DNA of 64,000 nucleotides from an uncultured Chitinophagales bacterium (GTDB lineage: Bacteria; Bacteroidota; Ignavibacteria; UBA10030; F1-140-MAGs086), in the NCBI GenBank assembly GCA_964358705.1, contig CAYHPL010000005.1:4566-68565 (forward strand), written 5' to 3'. The first letter of the stretch is position 1. Each line of letters starts with the position of its first letter. The notes beneath the pieces were generated by a model. The model was not told the origin of the DNA, ran no database searches, and saw only the letters and a list, made by a program, of their open reading frames with translations. The position numbers were made by a program, and so were the translations under genes. Shown piece by piece: positions 48,218 through 59,027 of this stretch.

Positions 48218-49609
48218 TTATTTGTGCTTTGTCTGCTCTATTGTTTTTGCGAGTGCTTCTCCTAATTCACTTGCAGGGATTTTGAGCGATGAAATTCCCT
48301 TTTCTATTGCATCGGCTTCTTTTTTGGCAATGCCTTTGGATGTTGCGGAAACAGTTCCGAGAATTTTTTGCGATGCTGCTTCACGCACTTCAAGAGCAAG
48401 AGCAACATCCTGCGCAAACATTGTGCCTCCCATTCCTTCAACTGCGCCTGCGCTTGTAGCACTGAGGATTGCTTTTATAAGAATCGGCGCGTCCGTTGCT
48501 ATACTCATTCCATTTTTCTCAAGCGATTGTATAAGTTTCTTCTGAAAATTATTTTTGGCTTTTACTGAGCCAATTCCTTCAATACTTACCATACACGGCG
48601 TTGATGTTTGTGCGAAAGAAAAATCAAATGAGACGGTAGTATTTTTCTGCACCATCGTACGAATTTCGCCGCTAACATTCGGAAGTTCTAATGATGCAGT
48701 TACTTTTCCTTTTCCACCTTGCGTACCTTCTGTCTGAACAAGGAAACTACATTGTGTCATGCCATTCTCATCTGAAACGTTTTTACCAACGCTTAATCTT
48801 CCAAGTTTAAACGACACAGTAACTCCTTTGAGCGGTTCAATGTTTGTACTTGTCTTCACTGTAACTTTTACTATTAAAGGCAAAGAAAGATTTTTTCCGA
48901 TTTCACCTTCTTGAGAATTGCCTGAAACAATACTCATTGAAATTCCGCCTGCAATTGTTTTGAGTTTTGCGTCAATTCCCTCCGGAGTAATTTCTGACGG
49001 AAGTGCATAAAATGACGAAGCGATACTGTTATAAAAAACTATTTTGGGAAAAATATTTTTCAGTTCATTCAGCGCATCAAGATAAGATAGAATAGAGCCG
49101 CTGATGTTTACTGCATTAAACATTTCATTTGCAGATGTAACTGTTTGCTGAATACGATGCGTAGGTTCATCAATGGAATTTTTTATAAATCCGATAAACG
49201 CCTGCTTTTCCAGTGCAACAAGAACGTATGTTTGATTGTCATTTTTTGCAATTTCTGTTTTTACGGTTTTCGCGCCGACAAGTTCTGTTTTTTCAATTAT
49301 ACTCTCGGTGCGGTTTTCAATATTTTGCGACAGCGACGAATTCCCTCCCATTCGCATTTCTGTTTGCAACGTACTTATTTTTGAAGAAATACTTACTTTA
49401 AATTGCGATGCAATATCTTTTCGCGCATTGTTTGTGGCTTGTTCAAGTGCAGTATTGTCATTTCCTTTTGCGCTTCCTACACCAATCCAGTATTCGCCCG
49501 CAGAATATTCCTTCACAGAGCGGTCAAGATACCATTGCGGTATTTGCGGAAATAATAATCCAACGGCACACAAATTCAGAATGAATGTTGAGATGAAAAT
49601 CTTTTTCAT
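48218..49609 (-). CDS. LPP20-like exported protein
   Basis: IPQWY...YWIGVGSA...A.NNARKDIASQF.VSISS LPP20-type N-domain; start MKKIF. Confidence 0.65.
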   Translation of the reverse strand: MKKIFISTFILNLCAVGLLFPQIPQWYLDRSVKEYSAGEYWIGVGSAKGNDNTALEQATNNARKDIASQFKVSISSKISTLQTEMRMGGNSSLSQNIENRTESIIEKTELVGAKTVKTEIAKNDNQTYVLVALEKQAFIGFIKNSIDEPTHRIQQTVTSANEMFNAVNISGSILSYLDALNELKNIFPKIVFYNSIASSFYALPSEITPEGIDAKLKTIAGGISMSIVSGNSQEGEIGKNLSLPLIVKVTVKTSTNIEPLKGVTVSFKLGRLSVGKNVSDENGMTQCSFLVQTEGTQGGKGKVTASLELPNVSGEIRTMVQKNTTVSFDFSFAQTSTPCMVSIEGIGSVKAKNNFQKKLIQSLEKNGMSIATDAPILIKAILSATSAGAVEGMGGTMFAQDVALALEVREAASQKILGTVSATSKGIAKKEADAIEKGISSLKIPASELGEALAKTIEQTKHK

Positions 49610-49613
49610 ACAA

Positions 49614-50849
49614 TTACTCCGCATTTTCTACACCAATAAGTAAAAGTTTTCTGTTCATATTAATGCGCTTCAGTTTTCCGCTCGCACCAATAAAATCCTT
49701 ATTGTCTTTCATTCTCTTATCAAGTTCGCGAAACATTTTTGCAGGACTTTCAAATTGTTTTTGCCAGACGATATAGTCCATTGTTTTATCCGTTACAATA
49801 TTTTGTTTTCGTTTTGCCGTTATGCTTCCCAGTTCTTCATCTATTCCATCCTGTACAATCGTTACATCTTCAAATACGCCAGAGATGGTAAAAATTATTT
49901 TGTATTGTTGACCGCGAACAGCATCTTCTTTCCAATATGCACTTATGCGACTCAACACTTTATCAACTGCATCATTCATTGCTTCTTCAATTACTGCTGC
50001 ATCCGGTACTGAGGTGCGCTCTGGGCTGTATCCGGTTTCTGTGCCGAGGAGTTTTGCTGTCGTTGTTTCATACGCACGGCACCCGACAACACCCTTTTTT
50101 CCGATGGAACCTTTTTCAACTTTAACATTGTATGTAATGTACACATCGCTGCCAATAGAAAGAGCAAGTTGATATGCAACATCTTCCTCACCGCCTGCAA
50201 CAGCATGTTGGGCAGACGTTAATTCATTCAACACATTCATTTGTTCCGGCACTAATACATCGTATTTGCGTGCAGTAAGAAAACCTTCGATCACCTCAGC
50301 GCCTTTTTTTATGTTCGCATCTGTCTGCAGTTTTTCAATTGGATTTTCACCCTTCGCAACTTCCGGCAACACCATAATCATGGGCATTCCTGCATCACTT
50401 GCAACTTCTTCTCGCGCTTTAATGATTCCTTTTTCAGATAAATATTTTATGAGATTTTCTTTATGTACGCGCACAAGTTTTTCCACTCTTACTCCATCAG
50501 TTATTTTAACACGACGCAGTACATCCACTCCAAAAAAAGAAATGAAGAGTTCATAATTTCCTTTCGCGAAAAAACTCTCCTTCATTTGCTCAAATGCAGA
50601 TTTCTCTTCTGCTGTTTGCAAAACAGGGTCGCTCATTGTTGTGAGGACAAAATAAATTGCTTCTTTCTTCGCATCAACTTCTGCATTTTCAACATCTGAA
50701 CCAACGCCCCATGCTTTCACCGTTACTTCGGAAGGCGAATATGTTTCCACAAATACTGCCTGTGTGGATTTTGGAGCGTTTTGCGCAGTAATATGTGTTG
50801 CACTGCAGGAAATAAATAAAAAATAAAATAAAAATATTGTGTATTTCAT
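49614..50849 (-). CDS. Lipoprotein, DUF6175-like
   Basis: Lipobox FIS-C; PMIMVLP and AYETTTAKLLGTETGYS motifs (family recalled from memory). Confidence 0.6.
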   Translation of the reverse strand: MKYTIFLFYFLFISCSATHITAQNAPKSTQAVFVETYSPSEVTVKAWGVGSDVENAEVDAKKEAIYFVLTTMSDPVLQTAEEKSAFEQMKESFFAKGNYELFISFFGVDVLRRVKITDGVRVEKLVRVHKENLIKYLSEKGIIKAREEVASDAGMPMIMVLPEVAKGENPIEKLQTDANIKKGAEVIEGFLTARKYDVLVPEQMNVLNELTSAQHAVAGGEEDVAYQLALSIGSDVYITYNVKVEKGSIGKKGVVGCRAYETTTAKLLGTETGYSPERTSVPDAAVIEEAMNDAVDKVLSRISAYWKEDAVRGQQYKIIFTISGVFEDVTIVQDGIDEELGSITAKRKQNIVTDKTMDYIVWQKQFESPAKMFRELDKRMKDNKDFIGASGKLKRINMNRKLLLIGVENAE

Positions 50850-50922
50850 ATGTTTGTAGTTGTGTGTATATGCGATGATAAATAAAGTTACTCTGTTTCC
50901 TTTTTCATCAAAAGATATGTAC

Positions 50923-52074
50923 CTATCGAATTGCCTTCAATATATAGTCTTCTAAAAACTCTATCGGCTTTTCTTCGTTCTGTTCGTAATTCCCGCTGGT
51001 AGCGACTACCACCAAATTATATTTGGGAATGAGAAATATATACTGTCCGCCCCATCCCCAGGCAAATCGTATATCTCGTGTAGTCGGTGTATGTCCGCTA
51101 AGATGTTCAATTGGTTTCATCCACCATTGAAATCCATAAGAGTACGCACCGTCATTTAATGTAGTCGAAGGTGTTGTTGCAGAATCTATCCACGCCTTAG
51201 TGAGAAGTTCTTTACCATTCCACTTACCATTATTGAGCACAAGATACCCAATTTTCGCCATATCTCTCGACAATAAATGCAATCCCCATCCAGTATTTGT
51301 GATATTATTTGGTCCCGTTTCCCATTGCCATTGAGTTATTCCCAACGGAGTAAAGAGGTTTTCTTTCGCAAAATCATCTGCGCGTAAGCGAGTTTTTTTA
51401 CGCAATACTCCGGAAAGAAGAATTGAACATCCGCTATTATAAGTAAAATGAATACCGGGAGCATATTTCATTCTTCTATCAAGCATAAATTTTATCCAAT
51501 CTCCGCTGTGTGCAAGTTGATACGTTGGATTTTCAGGAACACCGTAAGGCATCGAAGATTCATCCCAATCGAATCCCGCTCTCATTGCTAACACATCGCG
51601 TAATGTTATTCTTTGCTTGTTGGAATCAAAATTTGCAGTTGATGTGTATTCACTGAAAATATCCAGTATTCTGGTTTGCGTTGAGGTTATGCTTCCTTTA
51701 TCTTTCGCAATGCCAACCAAAAGCGACGTTACAGATTTTGTTACTGAGTACACTGGATGAAGAATATTCCTTGATGCGCCACGATAATATTTTTCAAAAA
51801 TTATATATCCGTTTCGAATAATGAGTGTACTGTGAATTTCTCCAAATTCACCAGATAAAATCTTTTCTGAGAGCATATTGAGTACAGAATCATTCATTCC
51901 TTGCACAAGTGGAGTAGATGTTTTCCATCCATCGGAGAGCATTGGCTCCTGATGCTCAAAACATCCCGCAAAGAGAAGAACGCAAACAAAAAATAAATAT
52001 TTTTTTCGCACAAGAATTACTATTCCATCAAATAAATGAATTGATGTTTGTGCAATATTTTTTTTAGTAATCAA
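50923..52074 (-). CDS. Serine hydrolase, class C beta-lactamase-like lipoprotein
   Basis: SVTK and YNS motifs, WGWGGQYI; lipobox FAG-C; true start probably slightly downstream. Confidence 0.88.
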   Translation of the reverse strand: MITKKNIAQTSIHLFDGIVILVRKKYLFFVCVLLFAGCFEHQEPMLSDGWKTSTPLVQGMNDSVLNMLSEKILSGEFGEIHSTLIIRNGYIIFEKYYRGASRNILHPVYSVTKSVTSLLVGIAKDKGSITSTQTRILDIFSEYTSTANFDSNKQRITLRDVLAMRAGFDWDESSMPYGVPENPTYQLAHSGDWIKFMLDRRMKYAPGIHFTYNSGCSILLSGVLRKKTRLRADDFAKENLFTPLGITQWQWETGPNNITNTGWGLHLLSRDMAKIGYLVLNNGKWNGKELLTKAWIDSATTPSTTLNDGAYSYGFQWWMKPIEHLSGHTPTTRDIRFAWGWGGQYIFLIPKYNLVVVATSGNYEQNEEKPIEFLEDYILKAIR

Positions 52075-53773
52075 TATCCTTTGCTGTCAATCCTGCAAAC
52101 GGGTCAACTGACAAACTTGGCAAAGCGTAAGTTAGACCAATCGAAAAACTTACACCGCTAAAATCCGGAATCGGGTCTCCAGCAATAAAATCATCTTCTT
52201 TAAATTCTTCACCCTTTATTTTTAGTTCATATTTGGTTGGTTCAGAAGACATTTTATAGGAAGCATTGACATTGAAAATCCAATCAGGTGAAACTAAATA
52301 TTCAAATCCTGCTCCGAGTTGAAATCCAAGTGTAATTATTCGTAATTCCTCAAATGTACCATCAATTGCCTTTGTATCGGTGAACCATAAAACATCGCCG
52401 CCCACTTTTCCAGAAAGCGCAAGATTCATTCTACCGAACCAAAATTTATCTGTTATACCTGTATAAACATTTCCGTATATCGTTGAAAGACTCGGCTCGT
52501 ATGGATAAAGTACTACGTCATCGAGAGTATTTTCTGTTGCATTCACCGCGCCAAAGAATGCATCAATATCAAAAAACAATTGGCGCACTTGCGTCATCTT
52601 TGCAATGTTGAATGAAAAACTTCCCTCTATGCCAATTGCTGTTGTTACATCTTCTTTCCAGGGATACACAAAATCAGTGTTTATATCAAGCCCCATTGTG
52701 AACGGTAATGTCAGTTCTTTTGGAACTTTTATTGAGGATTGTTTCAAGCGCACTGCAACATCTATCCCCAGCCTCGCACGCTCTCGTATTACCAAACCTC
52801 GTTCAAACGCACCTCCAATATATTTCCGGAAACGTGAGTGCGGTGAATTATCATTTGTATTATCCGAAACTTTATCTGCGCGCACAAAACCTATTTCCTT
52901 CGTTACAATATTTCCATTTCTGTCTTCAACATCTTCGAGTACATCATATCCCTCATCCAACGACACTCCTTCTTTTTTTCCAAGATTCACTTCTATAAAA
53001 TTTCCTTCAACATTTTTCACTTCGCCGCCAAGCTGAAACGCTGAAATATTTTTCATTGCCACTGCAAGATTTTTTGCCCACGTATTCGCTGCAATTATTT
53101 TTGCAAATTCTGTTCCATTCACGGAACGATTTTTCAAACGATACGATTCGGATGGATTTCCACTTCCGCTTCCTTTTTGATTTGCAGATGCCTCTTTCAA
53201 TTTTTCTACACGCGCTTTTCCATTCTGTTGAATGATTCTGTACCACGCAACATATCCTTCAATGGATGCGGAACTATCATCTGCATTCCAACTCGTTACA
53301 ACCGGAAGATAGAGATACGCAGAGTTCATAACACTCCTGATATCTTCCGCGGTCAAACCGCTTCCCTTCATTTTATCAACAGCCGCACGTGCGATATCTT
53401 CTTCCGTCAAATTTCCTTTCGCACGTTCTTCTGCAACAGCATTTACAGCAAGTGCAATTTGATGAACAATTGTTTCATCAAGAGCCTTCGCTATGCTTGA
53501 TGGTGATAAATCCGTTGAGTTTGCTTTGCGAACAAACTCTCCCGATGCATCTGTTGAAAGACTGTTGTAATCGAAACGCGAAACTTCAAGATGTGCCTTC
53601 AAACGATTGTTGATGAGTTTCACAAGTTCCGGCGCTTGTGTTGTCTTAAATAGCACCGCGCCAAGTGATGTTACCGATTTTCTTTCATACTGACGTGTCT
53701 GAGAAATCGCAATCGAAAAAAAAATCACCGTGCAAATAAAAAATATTTGTGCTGATGTTGATACATTTTTCAT
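52064..53773 (-). CDS. Hypothetical exported protein with C-terminal beta-barrel-like region
   Basis: Signal peptide AIS-Q; VNLGKKEGV..D small beta-domain; amphipathic strands ending SFSIGLTY. Confidence 0.7.
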   Translation of the reverse strand: MKNVSTSAQIFFICTVIFFSIAISQTRQYERKSVTSLGAVLFKTTQAPELVKLINNRLKAHLEVSRFDYNSLSTDASGEFVRKANSTDLSPSSIAKALDETIVHQIALAVNAVAEERAKGNLTEEDIARAAVDKMKGSGLTAEDIRSVMNSAYLYLPVVTSWNADDSSASIEGYVAWYRIIQQNGKARVEKLKEASANQKGSGSGNPSESYRLKNRSVNGTEFAKIIAANTWAKNLAVAMKNISAFQLGGEVKNVEGNFIEVNLGKKEGVSLDEGYDVLEDVEDRNGNIVTKEIGFVRADKVSDNTNDNSPHSRFRKYIGGAFERGLVIRERARLGIDVAVRLKQSSIKVPKELTLPFTMGLDINTDFVYPWKEDVTTAIGIEGSFSFNIAKMTQVRQLFFDIDAFFGAVNATENTLDDVVLYPYEPSLSTIYGNVYTGITDKFWFGRMNLALSGKVGGDVLWFTDTKAIDGTFEELRIITLGFQLGAGFEYLVSPDWIFNVNASYKMSSEPTKYELKIKGEEFKEDDFIAGDPIPDFSGVSFSIGLTYALPSLSVDPFAGLTAKDIDY

Positions 53774-53799
53774 AACTATAAACTACAATTTTTTTGGAA

Positions 53800-54408
53800 T
53801 TAAAACTTCAATAATGTGTACGAAATATACGCAAGACCAAGTTGCGAAAGAACAAGTGAAATTGCAGAAACCGTATCTAAACGTCTGACTTCATTTCGCA
53901 ATGTTTCATTTTTTATTCCGTCGTCATTCCATTCTGCTACATATTGTTCATATAATTTATCAGAACGCAACTTTGCAGTAGCAGACGCTACACCGGCGAG
54001 AATTGTTCCTGCGCCAACAAGATACAAAGGGGTTGTATTGATTTGTAGTTCGGTAAATTCGATTGGAACATTCATCGGAACGAGCGGCGGCTGTACAGTA
54101 TGTGCATTTACATTGTACATCAAATTATTCACACGATGCGATTCAAATTTTATTTTTTTATTTGATGCAATCGTATCGTGTTGCGGAAAATAATTCCAGT
54201 TGCGAACGGAGTGGAGATAAAACCAATAGCGCATATCAGGCGAAGCATCAAATTCTATCGGCGTTTTTCCGTAGTACATAGAATCTGAAACCAGTCCAAC
54301 GCTATCCGGCTCTGTAGCAACATAGATAGAAAAACTATTTTGTTTTTCCTGAGGAAAAGCAATAGCGCAAAATTGTAACAAGAAAACTATTTGAAACAGT
54401 ATTTTCAT
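53800..54408 (-). CDS. Hypothetical protein with PEGA-like N-domain and C-terminal hydrophobic helices
   Basis: TEP....V.D..YYGKTP motif; start MKILF. Confidence 0.6.
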   Translation of the reverse strand: MKILFQIVFLLQFCAIAFPQEKQNSFSIYVATEPDSVGLVSDSMYYGKTPIEFDASPDMRYWFYLHSVRNWNYFPQHDTIASNKKIKFESHRVNNLMYNVNAHTVQPPLVPMNVPIEFTELQINTTPLYLVGAGTILAGVASATAKLRSDKLYEQYVAEWNDDGIKNETLRNEVRRLDTVSAISLVLSQLGLAYISYTLLKF

Positions 54409-54409
54409 T

Positions 54410-55618
54410 TTATTTTTTCTTTGCAATATTCTTAGGCGTTTGAAATACCATGACAGTTCTGTCTTCAACAAATGCAACGAGACAATCATTCCACGCTATG
54501 AGATTTGTTTTTACTCTTCCTTCTAATGGAAATTTCCACATCATCGTTCCGTTTTTAACATCAAGCGCAAAAATATTTCTGTCCAGTGTTCCAAAAAAAA
54601 TATTTTTTTCGTTTGCAACCGGCGCTGTATTGATGCCACTTGATGTTTGATATTCCCACACTTTTGTTCCCTCGCGTTTCCGCAACGCAGTAATTTTTCC
54701 ATCTGAGGAAGGAAGAAAAACAAAATTGCTATTCACACCAACGCCGCCATACAAAGGAACGCCTGCATCGTATGTCCAGATATCAATTTCAAAAGAGCGT
54801 AAAAATGAATAGCATTTCCCCGCAGTTGTTGTGCAGTACAAATACAATGAATCAATAACCGGTGAAGCAAGCATACTTCCCTCCATTTGAAATGACCACG
54901 CAAGGTAACCGCTGTCCGCATCAACCGCATATAACATTCCATCATCGTTTCCGAAATAAATTCTCGTACTATCGCATACAGGAGATGAAAATGCGCGACT
55001 TCCTTTCTTTTTTGTTTTCGGTTTAAACGTCCAGAGAATTTCTCCTGAATGTTTTTTCACTGCGATTAATTTACTTTCAACCGTCAAAACAATAATAGCA
55101 TTTTCCGTCAGCAAAGGTTTCGTCTCAATATCGCCAAGCTGAATTTTCCATTCTGTTTTTCTTTCAGCAAAATTATATGCAAAAAGCGAATGTTTATCAT
55201 TAGCGACGGGAACAATAACACGATTGCCCTCCACTAACGGCGCACCTGCGACAGCGTTACCTGCATCAAAATATCCATATGATTTTTCTGTGAAAATATT
55301 ATACGCTTTTACTTCACCGTTCAGTGTGCCGATAAATAGTACGGAATCCTGCAACGTTCCGGCATCTTTCGGAAATCCTGCAACAACAGAAATTTCAAAA
55401 ATTTTTTCGAGCGGCGGTTCAAGACTCGGAAATCTCAAAAAATTCTGCTCGCGAACAAACGAATGTTGCAACTGAATTCCCCCGCATCCATTTACTACAC
55501 TTATCATCACGATAAATAACAGTAATTTTTTGAAAGTGCGTCTCAGTTCGTAGAACGTGAATCGTATTCCTTGATGAGCGAAAAAATAATTCTTACGTAA
55601 CAACATCAATAATCCCAT
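54410..55618 (-). CDS. PQQ-like beta-propeller lipoprotein (BamB-like)
   Basis: Repeated LYA.D..SG...W.F; possible lipobox VNG-C; start uncertain. Confidence 0.82.
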   Translation of the reverse strand: MGLLMLLRKNYFFAHQGIRFTFYELRRTFKKLLLFIVMISVVNGCGGIQLQHSFVREQNFLRFPSLEPPLEKIFEISVVAGFPKDAGTLQDSVLFIGTLNGEVKAYNIFTEKSYGYFDAGNAVAGAPLVEGNRVIVPVANDKHSLFAYNFAERKTEWKIQLGDIETKPLLTENAIIVLTVESKLIAVKKHSGEILWTFKPKTKKKGSRAFSSPVCDSTRIYFGNDDGMLYAVDADSGYLAWSFQMEGSMLASPVIDSLYLYCTTTAGKCYSFLRSFEIDIWTYDAGVPLYGGVGVNSNFVFLPSSDGKITALRKREGTKVWEYQTSSGINTAPVANEKNIFFGTLDRNIFALDVKNGTMMWKFPLEGRVKTNLIAWNDCLVAFVEDRTVMVFQTPKNIAKKK

Positions 55619-58425
55619 CCGAAAAAGAACTGGTAGAACAAACCATTGCTGAGTTTTGAAAAATTATTTTCAATCCGCTTGCCAACATCGTACCGCAATA
55701 CAAGAAAATTGCCAAAATTCATACGCACGCCGCCACCAATACTTCCATACGTTTGATTGTATTTTTTTGTCCACACACTGCCCGCATCGAAAAATAATGC
55801 GCCGCGAATTGCAACAAACGAAAGTCCGCCAAAAGGAAATTGAAAATGAATCGCATCAAGAAACGGAAACCGTAACTCATTACTCGACAACCACAATTTT
55901 GTCCCACGCAATGAAAATCTCGGATAGCCGCGTAAATCCCAACTGCCTCCCATAAAAAATCTTCGTGCTTCCTGCCCCTCATTGAAAAACGTCCAGAGTC
56001 GTGTTGCAAATGTTGAGCGTTGCGCTATTCTGAAATAGTGGCGGTAATCGAAAATAAATGAATAATAATTCGCGTTGGAATTTTGAATATCTGTTGTGTA
56101 CGCAATTGTGGAACTGAAACGTTTTCCATCCAATGGTCCGCTTGGTCCCCACAACGCATTATCAAAGACATAACTTATTCCATTGGAGAGAAACAATGCA
56201 CGGCGTTCAAAAATGCTGTTGAAATATTGTTCCTTTGCAGAATTGGTAATGCTTGTTGAAAATTCAATGCGCTTGAATGTGGAAAACGGATAACTCAATT
56301 CAAAAAATCCGCCGAAAGAACGCTCGTAAAAAAATAAATCGGGGTCAGTTAAATCGTAGCGCGGACCTGAAAAACGAAATATTCCATACGAATAATTTGA
56401 ACGATGTTCAAGAGATGTGCGCGAAATTACTATGTTAAAACTCTGCAGCACTTCATTCTGTTCGCGCGCGGTATTAAAGAGCAGAAAATTATATCGTTCA
56501 TTGCCAAGTACATCGCTTAATCCTAAAAATGCGCCGCCAACAGTTCCGAATAATGGCTGCGTGGAAATCTGACTTTGCGCAACATCAATTGCATATTCTC
56601 CTACGTATTCACCGGAAACTGAAACTGCAGTATCAGAGAGTATTTTTGGTTTCCAAACGTTTTCCATCGGCAAAACATTTCTTCTGAATTTCTGCACGGT
56701 TGAATCCGCAAGTTCATTCAATGAAAGCAACTGCAATTGAAAACGATATCCTTCAAAAGTCGTAACCACAATTTCATTGCTGTCTGTAAATGTCGGGTCG
56801 AATGCCGCAGTTACGTAATTCGTTATTCTTTTAAAAGCAAAACGATATTTCGTAGTATCTTCAATTTCTGTTGTGCGAAGAAAATAAATATTGCGCGCAC
56901 CATTTTCATCAGAAATATACGCCAGCGTTTTTCCATCGGGAGAAAAGACAGGCGATGACTGAATATTATTTCCAAGCGTTATGTAATCAATTGTAAAACG
57001 CTCGCGGTCATACACAAAAATATTATTTGCGCCTTTTTCTCCGTACATCGTTCTATCGCTCACGAAATATATTTTCTTTCCGTTCGGAGAAAATACCGGC
57101 TCGTGGTCATCGTAAATATCGTTTGTAATTTTTGTGAGTGTAGTATCCGTTCGATTGAAAATATACACATCGCTTAACCCGGATTTATCAACGGAAGAGA
57201 AAACAACTTCATTTCCATCCGAAGAGAAAGAAGGCGAAGAAATTAAAACAATATTGGGAAAAGAATATGTTGCGATGAGTTTTTTCTGTTCAACATCAAA
57301 AAAATGCAGCGCATCTGTTTCACCGCTTTTTGTAGAAAAGACGAGAACTCCTTCATGGGAAATATCAATCTTACTTTGAAACAAATGAAACGCTTCAAAG
57401 TCATCCGATTTTTCTCCTTCGACAACTAATTCTGGTTTCGCTTGCAAAGAGTCAGCTGCGATACGATAAATGCCCGTATAGCCGGTTCTGTTGCCGACAA
57501 AATAAATTTCTCTCTTTTCCCCTCTTCGGTAAAAGACGGGCTTTGTGCTGAATCCATCCAATGTAAGCGCTTCTGAAACTTGTGTCGGAAATTCATTTTC
57601 CTTGAGGAGTGGATAATATTTTTTTTGCAAAGAATATATCCAGCCATCATCAAACTTTTTAAAATCATCACCGAGCGTAAAACGAAATATTTCTTCAAAC
57701 GATTGACTTCTCCAGAAATTTTCGAGCAGCAATAAAATTTTTTCTTCGCCGTATTTTTTTCCAATGTAATTGCAAATTGATTGCCCTTCTTTGTACATAA
57801 GAAACGAACCAGCGATGCGATTTATTTCTGCCAACGGGACAACGTATCCATTCAATGTTGCATCACGCAATAACATTTCCGCTTGCGTATCCCAATCTGT
57901 TGACCAGTATTCTGCCAATCCCTCGATAAACCACAACGGCGGTAATCTATCCTGCACCTGACGATGGTCAAGTAAAACGCGGCTGACTTTACTATGCGTA
58001 AATACGTGCACAAGTTCGTGGCGAATAACGTGCTTGAATCCTGCAAGAGAGCCATTGAAAGGAATTACCACGCGCCCTTTTATAAATTCAAAAAATCCAC
58101 CGACACCCTCGGGAATAAATCCGGAGGTTGTGTTTGTCTGCTCGAAATGCAAATGCGAACTGTAAAAAACAAGCGGAATTCTGTTTGCGACGTTGTGATT
58201 GAATTTCTGCTCGAGAAGTTTGTAACTCTCTTCCGCAAAATACGCGCCATAATTTGCAAGCGATTCCATTTCCGGATAGTAATAAATATCGAAATGCTCC
58301 GTTTTCAAGATGTGCCAGTTAAATTCCGTGTACTGCACTTTGTTTCGACCGAATGAGAAGAATTGGGCATTTACATTGATTGTAAATAAAAATAAAAAAA
58401 TGAAAACAAAATAATAACGTTTCAT
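55606..58425 (-). CDS. Peptidase-MA + PD40 propeller + Omp85/BamA barrel fusion
   Basis: FGRNKVQY, HELVH and WFIEGLAEY zincin motifs, P.FSPDG repeats, LRGY and terminal FFFGWDY. Confidence 0.88.
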   Translation of the reverse strand: MKRYYFVFIFLFLFTINVNAQFFSFGRNKVQYTEFNWHILKTEHFDIYYYPEMESLANYGAYFAEESYKLLEQKFNHNVANRIPLVFYSSHLHFEQTNTTSGFIPEGVGGFFEFIKGRVVIPFNGSLAGFKHVIRHELVHVFTHSKVSRVLLDHRQVQDRLPPLWFIEGLAEYWSTDWDTQAEMLLRDATLNGYVVPLAEINRIAGSFLMYKEGQSICNYIGKKYGEEKILLLLENFWRSQSFEEIFRFTLGDDFKKFDDGWIYSLQKKYYPLLKENEFPTQVSEALTLDGFSTKPVFYRRGEKREIYFVGNRTGYTGIYRIAADSLQAKPELVVEGEKSDDFEAFHLFQSKIDISHEGVLVFSTKSGETDALHFFDVEQKKLIATYSFPNIVLISSPSFSSDGNEVVFSSVDKSGLSDVYIFNRTDTTLTKITNDIYDDHEPVFSPNGKKIYFVSDRTMYGEKGANNIFVYDRERFTIDYITLGNNIQSSPVFSPDGKTLAYISDENGARNIYFLRTTEIEDTTKYRFAFKRITNYVTAAFDPTFTDSNEIVVTTFEGYRFQLQLLSLNELADSTVQKFRRNVLPMENVWKPKILSDTAVSVSGEYVGEYAIDVAQSQISTQPLFGTVGGAFLGLSDVLGNERYNFLLFNTAREQNEVLQSFNIVISRTSLEHRSNYSYGIFRFSGPRYDLTDPDLFFYERSFGGFFELSYPFSTFKRIEFSTSITNSAKEQYFNSIFERRALFLSNGISYVFDNALWGPSGPLDGKRFSSTIAYTTDIQNSNANYYSFIFDYRHYFRIAQRSTFATRLWTFFNEGQEARRFFMGGSWDLRGYPRFSLRGTKLWLSSNELRFPFLDAIHFQFPFGGLSFVAIRGALFFDAGSVWTKKYNQTYGSIGGGVRMNFGNFLVLRYDVGKRIENNFSKLSNGLFYQFFFGWDY

Positions 58426-58429
58426 ACAA

Positions 58430-59023
58430 TCATTTTTTTCCACAATACTTCTCAAACAATGCTCTCTTCACAATCCTGTACGATGGTTTATTTGCTTCCT
58501 GATATTCATACGAATGATGAACGGGAAAAATCATTCCCTGATTCAGAAACGCCTGCTGGATTGTTTCGATGTCAGTTTTTTCGAGCGCTATTTTTTTATC
58601 CTGCTGCAATTGCAAAATACTATTCCACTCTTTATAAAAAAGAGCAGTATCTTTTTTCATTTCTTTTGCTGTTTGGACAATTGCGCGTATCAATCCTATT
58701 AATGGATATTTTTTATCACGAAACGGACGAAGATTCACGCGAACAATTTCATTATTGACAGTGAGTTGTTCATAAAGTTCCTCGGAAGAATCTGTCGGAA
58801 TTTTTTCCTGGTCTTTCATTTCCTCCAGAAGTGCTTTTGCCATTTGTGCGGAATCAACCACGAAATGCTCAACGCCAAACGTTCCCTGATACACTAATTT
58901 ATAACAATCAAACGCAGCCATATTCTTTTTTGTACGAAATTGTTCAAGAACAATTTCTTCAAATGAAGAATAGTGTTTTTCTTTTTGTAATGGTAAAAAA
59001 AATAAAAGAATGATGGAAAGCAT
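58430..59023 (-). CDS. Conserved hypothetical protein
   Basis: D.YKL.YQ..FG.EH, RVNLRPF and HHS..Y....KPSYR motifs; start MLSII. Confidence 0.7.
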   Translation of the reverse strand: MLSIILLFFLPLQKEKHYSSFEEIVLEQFRTKKNMAAFDCYKLVYQGTFGVEHFVVDSAQMAKALLEEMKDQEKIPTDSSEELYEQLTVNNEIVRVNLRPFRDKKYPLIGLIRAIVQTAKEMKKDTALFYKEWNSILQLQQDKKIALEKTDIETIQQAFLNQGMIFPVHHSYEYQEANKPSYRIVKRALFEKYCGKK

Positions 59024-59027
59024 AATG

